This document shows, piece by piece, positions 7,536 through 14,290 of a stretch of DNA of 42,547 nucleotides; the first letter of the stretch is position 1; each line of letters starts with the position of its first letter. Origin of the DNA: Candidatus Bipolaricaulota bacterium (GTDB taxonomy: Bacteria > Bipolaricaulota > Bipolaricaulia > UBA7950 > UBA9294); the NCBI GenBank assembly GCA_021159055.1, contig JAGGSO010000008.1:1-42547 (forward strand), given 5' to 3'. The notes under the pieces are model-generated. The model searched no databases. It was not told the origin of the DNA and was given only the letters and a program-made list of their open reading frames with translations. A program made the translations under genes and the position numbers.

Positions 7536-9875
7536 CTATCCCTCCTTTTTTCGCATCGCCTTCAGGACGCGCTCGGGGGTGAACGGCGTGTTGCGGAGCC
7601 TGACCCCGACCGCGTCGTAGATCGCGTTGGCGATCGTCGGGATCGGGGCGTTGATCGCGATCTCCCCCACCGATTTCGCCCCCATCGGCCCGGTCGGCTC
7701 GTAGGAGTCGACGAGGATCACCTCGAGCTCCGGCATGTCGAGTGCACCGAGGATCTTGTAGTCGAACAGGTTCGGGTTGCGCACCCTCCCACGCGAGCTG
7801 AACAGCATCTCCTCGGTGAGAGCGTATCCGATCCCGTTGGCGATCGCCCCCTCGACCTGCCCCTGCGCCATCTTCGGGTTGATCGGGGTCCCGCAGTCGA
7901 CCGCGGCGACGTACTTCAGGACCTTGACGAGCCCGGTCTCAGTGTCGACCGCCACCTCGGCGAAGCTCGCCATGAACGGGGGAGGGGACTCCTCCGGGAC
8001 GAACGAGGCAGTGGCGCCGATCTGGAACTGATCGGATTGGTACATCGCGTAGTGGCAGACCTCGGACAGACTCGCGCTCCTCCCGTCCGGGGCGACGACC
8101 CGCTCAGCGGAGAGCTCGAGGGAGTCCGGAGCGGCATCGAGGATCCGGGAAGCGACCTCGAGGATCTGCCCCTTCACCGCGTCGGCCGCCCGCTTCACCG
8201 CCATCCCGGAGACGTAGGTCGTCGACGATGCGTACGCCCCGACGTCGAACGGGGTCATGTCGGTATCGGAGGAATAGACGATGATCTTCTCCAAGGGCAC
8301 GCCGAGGACCTCGGCCGCGATCTGGCCGAGGATCGTGTCCGATCCAGTACCGAGGTCGGTCGCGCCGACGAGGAGGTTGAACGATCCGTCCTCGTTCATC
8401 TTGATCGTCGCCGCCCCCATGTCGATCTGGGCGATCCCCGAGCCCTGCATGTGAACGGACATCCCGAGCCCGTGCACCCATGAGCCCTCCCTGATCCGCT
8501 TTCCGCGCCGCTCCTCCCAGCCGATCCGGGCCATCCCGACCTCGATGCATTTCTCGAGCTCGCAGCTTCTGATGATCTGCTCGACCCCTTCCCGTCCCTC
8601 GCCGAGCTTGACGAATATCGGGGAGGTCTCACCGGCCCGGATGTGGTTGCGCCGCCGCAGCTCCACCGGGTCGAGCCCGAGCTTCTCCGCGAGCTCGTCC
8701 ATCGCCGTCTCGAGCGGGAAGTACCCCTGCGTCGCCCCGTAGCCGCGGTAGGCCCCGGCGACCGGCATGTTGGTGTAGACCGCCTTCCCGAAGAAGTGGA
8801 CGTTCTCCGCCTTGTTGTAAAGCGGAAGGGTCTTGCTCCCGGTGTTGGAGAGGACGGTCAGCCCGTGTGAGCCGTAGGCGCCGGTGTTGGAGATCGCCTC
8901 CATCTCCATCGCGTGGAGGGTCCCGTCCGATTTCGCCCCGAGCTTGACGCGGACGCGCATCGGATGGCGAGTGCGAGCGGAGATGAACTCCTCCGGCCGC
9001 GTAAGCTCGATCAGCGCCGGCCGTTTTGTCCGCAGCGTGACAAGGGCGGCGATATCCTCGAGGAGGATCTCCTGCTTCGTCCCGAACCCCCCGCCGATCC
9101 TGGGCTTGATCACCCGGATCCGATGGAGCGGATAGTCGAGGGCATAGGCGACGATCCGCCGGACGTGGAACGGGACCTGGGTCGAGGTGCGCAGGACCAA
9201 CCTCCCGTCGGAATCGAGGTAGGAGAGGACGACGTGCGGCTCGATCGGGGTGTGCTGGGCGTACTGAAGCTCGCAGGTCGTCTCCACGATCACGTCCGAT
9301 TCGGCGAATCCCCTCTCCACGTCCCCGACGTCGATATCGACATCGGCAACGATATTGCGCTTCGGATCGTATATCCCGGCGGAATCGTCCTCGTCGTGGA
9401 TCACCGGTGCGCCCGGGGCGAGGGCGTCGTCGATCGAGAGGACGGCGGGGAGCTCCTCGTATTCGACCTCGATCGCCTTTATCGCTTCCTCTGCGATCTC
9501 CCTCGTCTCCGCCGCCACGGCAGCGACCCGGTCCCCGACGAACCTCACCTTGGTGTCGAACATCCGCGTGTCGTACGGGGACGGCTCGGGATACCCCTGG
9601 CCAGCGGTGGTGAACCGCCGCGCCGGGGTGTTCGCGTGGGTGAGAACGAGCGCCACGCCCGGGATCGCCTCCGCCTTGGAGGTGTCGATTCGCTTTATCC
9701 GCGCGTGGGCGTACGGACTCCTCAGGATCTTGACGTACAGGGTGTCGGGAAGGTCGATGTCAGCGACGAACTTCGGCCGGCCGGTGACAAGCGGGATCCC
9801 GTCCACCTTCCGCTCGTCGTGACGGACCACACTGAACGCGCGTCTCTTCTCCACTGCTTTCACCGGGCTAGACAT
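7536..9875 (-). CDS. Xanthine dehydrogenase family molybdopterin-binding large subunit (substrate unknown)
   Basis: 779 aa. GGGFGTK Mo-cofactor motif, GAYRGYGATQG, and C-terminal GAKSVGE (catalytic Glu motif of Mo hydroxylases). 8-nt overlap with the 2Fe-2S subunit gene. Confidence 0.93.
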   Translation of the reverse strand: MSSPVKAVEKRRAFSVVRHDERKVDGIPLVTGRPKFVADIDLPDTLYVKILRSPYAHARIKRIDTSKAEAIPGVALVLTHANTPARRFTTAGQGYPEPSPYDTRMFDTKVRFVGDRVAAVAAETREIAEEAIKAIEVEYEELPAVLSIDDALAPGAPVIHDEDDSAGIYDPKRNIVADVDIDVGDVERGFAESDVIVETTCELQYAQHTPIEPHVVLSYLDSDGRLVLRTSTQVPFHVRRIVAYALDYPLHRIRVIKPRIGGGFGTKQEILLEDIAALVTLRTKRPALIELTRPEEFISARTRHPMRVRVKLGAKSDGTLHAMEMEAISNTGAYGSHGLTVLSNTGSKTLPLYNKAENVHFFGKAVYTNMPVAGAYRGYGATQGYFPLETAMDELAEKLGLDPVELRRRNHIRAGETSPIFVKLGEGREGVEQIIRSCELEKCIEVGMARIGWEERRGKRIREGSWVHGLGMSVHMQGSGIAQIDMGAATIKMNEDGSFNLLVGATDLGTGSDTILGQIAAEVLGVPLEKIIVYSSDTDMTPFDVGAYASSTTYVSGMAVKRAADAVKGQILEVASRILDAAPDSLELSAERVVAPDGRSASLSEVCHYAMYQSDQFQIGATASFVPEESPPPFMASFAEVAVDTETGLVKVLKYVAAVDCGTPINPKMAQGQVEGAIANGIGYALTEEMLFSSRGRVRNPNLFDYKILGALDMPELEVILVDSYEPTGPMGAKSVGEIAINAPIPTIANAIYDAVGVRLRNTPFTPERVLKAMRKKEG

Positions 9876-10338
9876 CTTTCCCCTCCATCCTGCGTACGGC
9901 GAGCTCTATCGCCTCGACCTGTTTGACGTAGCCGGTGCACCGGCACAGGTTCCCGGAGATCGCCTCCCTTATCTCCTCCTCGCTCGGGTGCGGGTTCCGA
10001 TTGAGCAGGTCGGTCGCCGCAATCAGCATCCCGGGGGTGCAGTAGCCGCACTGGACCGCGCCCGCATCGAGGAACGCCTCCTGCAGGACGGAGAGCCTCC
10101 CGTCCGCCTCCAGCCCCTCAACCGTGGTCACCGTGCGGCCGTCGGCCTTAGCGGCGAGGACGAGGCAGGAGTTGACCGCGCGGCCGTCGAGCAGGACGGC
10201 GCACGCCCCGCAATCACCGGTCTCGCATCCCTTCTTCACCCCCTTGTACCCCTCCCGCCGGAGGAGCTCGAGCAGGGTATCGCCCGGTTCGATCTCAAAC
10301 CCACGCCGGACTCCGTTCAAGATCATCTCAACCCTCAT
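9868..10338 (-). CDS. (2Fe-2S)-binding small subunit of Mo hydroxylase
   Basis: 156 aa. CETGDCGACAV and CGYCTPG...CRCTGY cluster motifs. ATGA overlap with the upstream FAD subunit gene. Confidence 0.95.
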   Translation of the reverse strand: MRVEMILNGVRRGFEIEPGDTLLELLRREGYKGVKKGCETGDCGACAVLLDGRAVNSCLVLAAKADGRTVTTVEGLEADGRLSVLQEAFLDAGAVQCGYCTPGMLIAATDLLNRNPHPSEEEIREAISGNLCRCTGYVKQVEAIELAVRRMEGKDV

Positions 10339-11180
10339 CCTGATCCCTCCAATCTCTCCTTTACCTGGGAGAGGAGCCGCCGTATCCCGGTTGCGACCAG
10401 CTCACGGCGGTAGTCGGCGCTCGCCCGCATGTCATCGCGCACGTCGACCTCCCCTTGCGCCGCGGCCACCGCGGCATCGATCGTGGCAGGGGAAAGGGGG
10501 TTACCCACCAGGGCCTCCCCGGCCGCAGTGGCGATGGCCGCCCGCGCCGGGGTCCCCCCGACCGCGATCCGCGCCTCTGCACACACGCCCTCCTCGATCC
10601 TGACGAATGCAGCGCAGTTCAGAATGGCGATATCGAACGCAGTCCGGCTGAACTTCCAGAACGCCGCCGCGCTCTCTCCTGGGAATGCGGGAAGCTCGAC
10701 CTGGGTGAGGATCATCTTCTGGCGGTGCACGTTTCTCGCGTAGAAGTCGGAAAGCGGTATCTCGTGCTCCTCTCCGTCGAAGTAACGGACCCGCGCCCCG
10801 AGGGCGAGGAACAGCGTGATGACATCCGACCACGGATGGGCGATCACCAGGCTTCCCCCTATTGTCCCCAGGTTGCGCTGGAGCGGAGAAGCGACGGTGT
10901 GCAGGGCATCCGCCACGACTCCCCCGAGGTAGTCTTTCACAATTGAAGATTCGAGGACCTCGGTCAAGGTGGTCGTCGCTCCGATTGTGATCCCATCGGA
11001 TCCCTGCTCGATCCCGGACAAGGGAAGGGAGGTGATGTCGATCAGGGCTGTCGCTTCATTGGGAAACAGGATGACATCTATCCCCCCGGCGATGATACGG
11101 GCTTGGTTCTCTGTAAGGGCTGAAAACGCCTCGGCAAGAGTGCGAGGTCGAATAAACCGAGTTACCTTCGTCAGTGCCAC
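10335..11180 (-). CDS. FAD-binding medium subunit of Mo hydroxylase (CoxM/XdhB-like)
   Basis: FAD_binding_5-like IIAGGIDV and CO-dehydrogenase-flavoprotein-like C-terminus. I place the start at the GTG at 11180 (VALTKVTRFIRP...), preceded by AAGGAGGG, rather than the ORF-track start at 11228. Confidence 0.88.
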   Translation of the reverse strand: MALTKVTRFIRPRTLAEAFSALTENQARIIAGGIDVILFPNEATALIDITSLPLSGIEQGSDGITIGATTTLTEVLESSIVKDYLGGVVADALHTVASPLQRNLGTIGGSLVIAHPWSDVITLFLALGARVRYFDGEEHEIPLSDFYARNVHRQKMILTQVELPAFPGESAAAFWKFSRTAFDIAILNCAAFVRIEEGVCAEARIAVGGTPARAAIATAAGEALVGNPLSPATIDAAVAAAQGEVDVRDDMRASADYRRELVATGIRRLLSQVKERLEGSG

Positions 11181-11199
11181 GGTCCCTCCTTTGAGGAAC

Positions 11200-11228
11200 A
11201 GTTTACCAAGGGAACAGGCGGCGGACAA
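11200..11228 (-). promoter_or_regulatory. Candidate promoter of the Mo-hydroxylase operon
   Basis: Minus strand reads TTGTCC, 17 nt, TAAACT. It lies directly downstream of the RHH-gene terminator and about 20 nt upstream of the GTG. Confidence 0.4.
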
Positions 11229-11258
11229 GAAAAAACCGGCGCGGCCGGGCCGCGCCGG
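11229..11258 (-). terminator. Rho-independent terminator of the RHH gene
   Basis: Minus strand: CCGGCGCGG-CCCGG-CCGCGCCGG stem-loop followed by TTTTTTCTT. Confidence 0.7.
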
Positions 11259-11266
11259 GTGTTCGG

Positions 11267-11440
11267 TTAATCCTTCTTCTCTTCGCGGTCCAGGTACTGG
11301 AGGATCGCATCGACGACAAGATAATTGATCGAGCGGTCGCGCTTCTCGCTCAGGCGGATCAGCCGCTCAACCGGCTTCTTTTCCATCTTGGACTGTGGAA
11401 TGTAGATGGAAAGCTTGTCAAGAATTTGCTTCTTAGGCAT
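11267..11440 (-). CDS. Ribbon-helix-helix (CopG/Arc-like) DNA-binding protein, orphan
   Basis: 57 aa from the ATG at 11440 (MPKKQILDKLSIYIPQ...). The ORF-track GTG at 11449 sits inside the GGAGGTGA SD. Beta strand KLSIYIP, then two helices VERLIRLSEKRDRSINYLVVDAILQYL. The gene is visibly AT-richer than its neighbours. Confidence 0.75.
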   Translation of the reverse strand: MPKKQILDKLSIYIPQSKMEKKPVERLIRLSEKRDRSINYLVVDAILQYLDREEKKD

Positions 11441-11506
11441 TTGATTCACCTCCTCATTAACGGACTTATCATTCTCTCATTTGTTTCTCACTGAATTCAT
11501 CCACGG

Positions 11507-11583
11507 TTATAGGATACACATCAAACGGGAAATTTCTATGCCGGAAGCAAGAAAATTATATGGATACAAAATGAAAAAAACAA
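11507..11583 (-). promoter_or_regulatory. Candidate RHH-gene promoter with two operator-like direct repeats
   Basis: Minus strand: TTGTTT (11583-11578), 17 nt, TATAAT (11560-11555). TGTATCCATATAA (11568-11556) overlaps the -10. A second copy, TGTATCCTATAA (11518-11507), lies about 49 nt downstream. Confidence 0.35.
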
Positions 11584-11656
11584 CCCCAATGCCCGTTTTG
11601 ATGCGGCTCAGCTCGGCGGGTGAGATTACTGTATAATGTGATGGAAGGAGGTAGCT

Positions 11657-12733
11657 ATGGCGAACATAGTGAGGCTGGTGCTGGCGGTGCTGTTGTTGCT
11701 CGGGATCGGGGGGGGCATCTTCGGATGCGCTCTGTTCTCGGGTGGGACGCAAGCGGTGATCGAGATCACTCCGGTATCCGGAGTGGTTCCGCTCACCATC
11801 CACTACTCCGGGAGCGGCTCGACCGGGCCGAGCGGCATCACGACCTATCACTGGACGTTTGGAACCGGGGACGAGTCGTACACCGAGTCCGGTTACTACA
11901 CCTACGAGCACGCTGGTGTGTTCACCGTTACCCTCACCGTCCGCGCCGGAGACGGATCGACGGCGACGAAGAGCGTGACGGTGGAAGTGGCCCCGGCGGT
12001 CTGGATCACCGATACCAATCTCGACACCGTCTACCGGTTGAGCATGGATGGGGATGTCCTCGATTCGTTCCATCTTCCGGTCGGGCAGCCGCAGGGGGTG
12101 ACGATCGCAGAGGCAGACGGGGCGACGTGGTTGTTCATCGCCTGCAAGAACAACGGGAACCAGCGGATCGTCCGGGTTGATCCCGTCACCGGGAACGTAA
12201 CCGGAAACTACCCTGCTCCCGCCCAGTCACCCCGCAACCTGACGTACGCTGCGGACGAGCCGAAGCGGATCTGGCACGTGGACGGACTGAGCCGGAAGCT
12301 GTACGGGATGAACCGGACCAACCTTCAAGTCTTAGGCTCCTTCGGCCAGAACTATTTCAAGAGTACCTCCCCCCAGGTAGGGAACGTTCAGTTCCTGTGG
12401 ACCCCTGCCGGACTCGACTGGACCCCAAAGAACAACGCCTCCGGCTACCTGTGGTATCTGGAGGGGGAGACGCGCCTTTTGTACAAGATCAGGATCATCC
12501 CGAGGTACGACATCATGTCCGGGACGCAGCTTGAGATAGTGGGGGATCCGGTCGCGCTCGACCCCTACTTGTTCCCAACGGCAGGGATCGACTTCTACGC
12601 CGGATACCTGTGGGTAGTGGACATCGCTCACCACGCGATCGTCCAGGTCGACGCGGATACCGGAGAACCGACCGGGACGAAGATCACCGGTTTCCCCGGC
12701 GCTTTACCCGGGGGAATCGAGATCCAGCAATAA
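11657..12733 (+). CDS. Secreted or lipid-anchored PKD-domain protein with C-terminal beta-propeller-like region
   Basis: 358 aa. GGAAGGAGG SD. Signal with lipobox-like LLLLGIGGGIFGC. PKD domain (VPLTIHYSGSGS...YHWTFGTGDES...GVFTVTLTVRAGDG). Then repeated blade-like segments. Confidence 0.8.
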   Translation: MANIVRLVLAVLLLLGIGGGIFGCALFSGGTQAVIEITPVSGVVPLTIHYSGSGSTGPSGITTYHWTFGTGDESYTESGYYTYEHAGVFTVTLTVRAGDGSTATKSVTVEVAPAVWITDTNLDTVYRLSMDGDVLDSFHLPVGQPQGVTIAEADGATWLFIACKNNGNQRIVRVDPVTGNVTGNYPAPAQSPRNLTYAADEPKRIWHVDGLSRKLYGMNRTNLQVLGSFGQNYFKSTSPQVGNVQFLWTPAGLDWTPKNNASGYLWYLEGETRLLYKIRIIPRYDIMSGTQLEIVGDPVALDPYLFPTAGIDFYAGYLWVVDIAHHAIVQVDADTGEPTGTKITGFPGALPGGIEIQQ

Positions 12734-12760
12734 TCCTCATTGTGATCCCGGCTGGGATGT

Positions 12761-12782
12761 GCCCCGCAGCTTACTGCGGGGC
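12761..12782. terminator. Hairpin between convergent PKD and GntR::SBP genes
   Basis: GCCCCGCAG-CTTA-CTGCGGGGC, a perfect 9-bp stem. The core CGCAGCTT..CTGCG resembles the REP-like hairpins at 42359 and 42455. Confidence 0.5.
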
Positions 12783-12785
12783 GCG

Positions 12786-14243
12786 TCACTCTCTTTTCCC
12801 CGCTATCAACGCGCGCACGATCTCCCGCGCGCGTGCCACCGCATCCTCCGGGGACATCCGGCGGGAAAGGGCATTCTCCACCATCAGCTGGAACTGTTCC
12901 GAGACCCGGGCGTACTCGGGGATATCGAGCCGGGGCTGAGCGTGAGGGAGGAGCTCGGCCACCCGCCGGGAGAACCAGCCGACCGCAGGATCCAATTTCC
13001 GCACCACCGAGAGGAGGGTGGGGCTGCGGCCGGTCTTGGTGCAGAACTCGCGCATCAGAGGGGGGCTGACCACCTGTTTCAAAACCGCGAGCGCGGCGAG
13101 CGGGGCCCGCGACTGGCGGAAGATGACGTACACCATCCCTCCGGCGACGGTGGCGGTCCTCCCGCCCGGGCCGGCTGGGACCGGGATGCAGCCGACCCGG
13201 GTGCGGAACTCCTCCTCATCCCATCCCGATACCTCCTGGAGCAACGGCTTTTCGTAGCTTCCTCCCACCGCCAGCACCGCCTCTCCCGCGGCGAACATCC
13301 GCGCCGCTCGGTCCCACGGGTACTCGACCACATCCGGTGGGACGACGCGATAGCGATGGACCAGGTCGACGAGGAACGACACGGCCCGGACCGCTCCCTC
13401 CCCGAGCCCGACGCGCCCGTCCCGGACTAGCCATCCTCCGGCCGACCACAGGAACGGGAGGAGCTGATAGGTGGTGGTCTCCCCGGCTGCTCTTCCCCCA
13501 GCGAAGACGAGTGGAAACTTATAGTCGCGCTTGAACCGGGAGCATACCCTGACCAGCTCATCCCACGTCGTCGGCGGAGCGAGCTCAGCAGCGGCGAACA
13601 GGTCCTTCCGATACCAGATCACCGACACGTTCGCCTCGGGCTGGGCTCCGTACAGGTAACGGGAGCGTGGGTTGACCAGGGCCGGGAACAAGTCAGCCTT
13701 GAACCGCTGCGCCCACTCCGGATCGAGCCGGTCGAGCGGGGTGAGGAACTGCAGGTCGGCGAACTCCGGGACCCACGGCCAGTCGATCAAGGCGAGATCG
13801 GGAGCCCGTCCCCGTCCGACGGCGGAGAGGATGTTGGCGTGCAGGTGCGGCCGCCCGAGGACCTCTACGTCCAGCTTGATCCTCGTCCCGCCCGCGGCGG
13901 AGGCGAGGTTGGCCGCCCGACGGAGGGAGGGGACCCAGTGCACCTCAGGGAGCAGTACCCGCACCGTGACCGCTGCCTCCTCCTGACTGGAGACAAACGT
14001 CCCGCTCCCCTGCTGGCGGTACAGGTACCCCTCCTGGGTCAGTTCGGCGAGGGCCTGGCGTACCGAGGTGCGGGAGATGGAGAACCGCTCGCACAACTCG
14101 TACTCCGTCGGGATCCGCTCCCCGGGCTTGAACTCCCCCTGCTCGATCTTCTCTCGGATGATCTCCTTCAGCTGGCGGTAGATCGGGGTCGAGGACCCCT
14201 TGATGATCGTGTGCCGCTCGTCCGCACACATTCCGGACATCAC
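12786..14243 (-). CDS. GntR-family winged-HTH fused to a family-1 extracellular-solute-binding-protein-like domain (cytoplasmic one-component regulator)
   Basis: 485 aa. N-terminus PIYRQLKEIIREKIEQGEFKPGERIPTEYELCERFSISRTSVRQALAELTQEGYLYRQQGSGTFV is a GntR HTH. The rest has SBP_bac_1-like blocks (PDLALIDWPWVPEFA, VIWYRKDLF...PPTTWDEL, FLWSAGGW). No signal peptide. Start ambiguous among 14243, 14240 and 14231. Confidence 0.85.
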   Translation of the reverse strand: MMSGMCADERHTIIKGSSTPIYRQLKEIIREKIEQGEFKPGERIPTEYELCERFSISRTSVRQALAELTQEGYLYRQQGSGTFVSSQEEAAVTVRVLLPEVHWVPSLRRAANLASAAGGTRIKLDVEVLGRPHLHANILSAVGRGRAPDLALIDWPWVPEFADLQFLTPLDRLDPEWAQRFKADLFPALVNPRSRYLYGAQPEANVSVIWYRKDLFAAAELAPPTTWDELVRVCSRFKRDYKFPLVFAGGRAAGETTTYQLLPFLWSAGGWLVRDGRVGLGEGAVRAVSFLVDLVHRYRVVPPDVVEYPWDRAARMFAAGEAVLAVGGSYEKPLLQEVSGWDEEEFRTRVGCIPVPAGPGGRTATVAGGMVYVIFRQSRAPLAALAVLKQVVSPPLMREFCTKTGRSPTLLSVVRKLDPAVGWFSRRVAELLPHAQPRLDIPEYARVSEQFQLMVENALSRRMSPEDAVARAREIVRALIAGKRE

Positions 14244-14290
14244 TCCCTTCGCCGCATCACTTTACCGAACCTGTACCGAAATTTCATTGC

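Noticed and set aside
7503-9926. Plus-strand ORFs 7503-8483 and 8913-9926, antisense to the Mo-hydroxylase large subunit
   Set aside because: Low-complexity Arg/Asp/Gly/Pro composition with no motifs. The minus strand has unmistakable xanthine-dehydrogenase-family signatures.
11507-12180. ORFs 11507-12073 (-) and 11620-12180 (+) overlapping the PKD gene
   Set aside because: Alternative frames of the PKD gene region. The 11657 frame has an SD, a signal peptide and a PKD domain.
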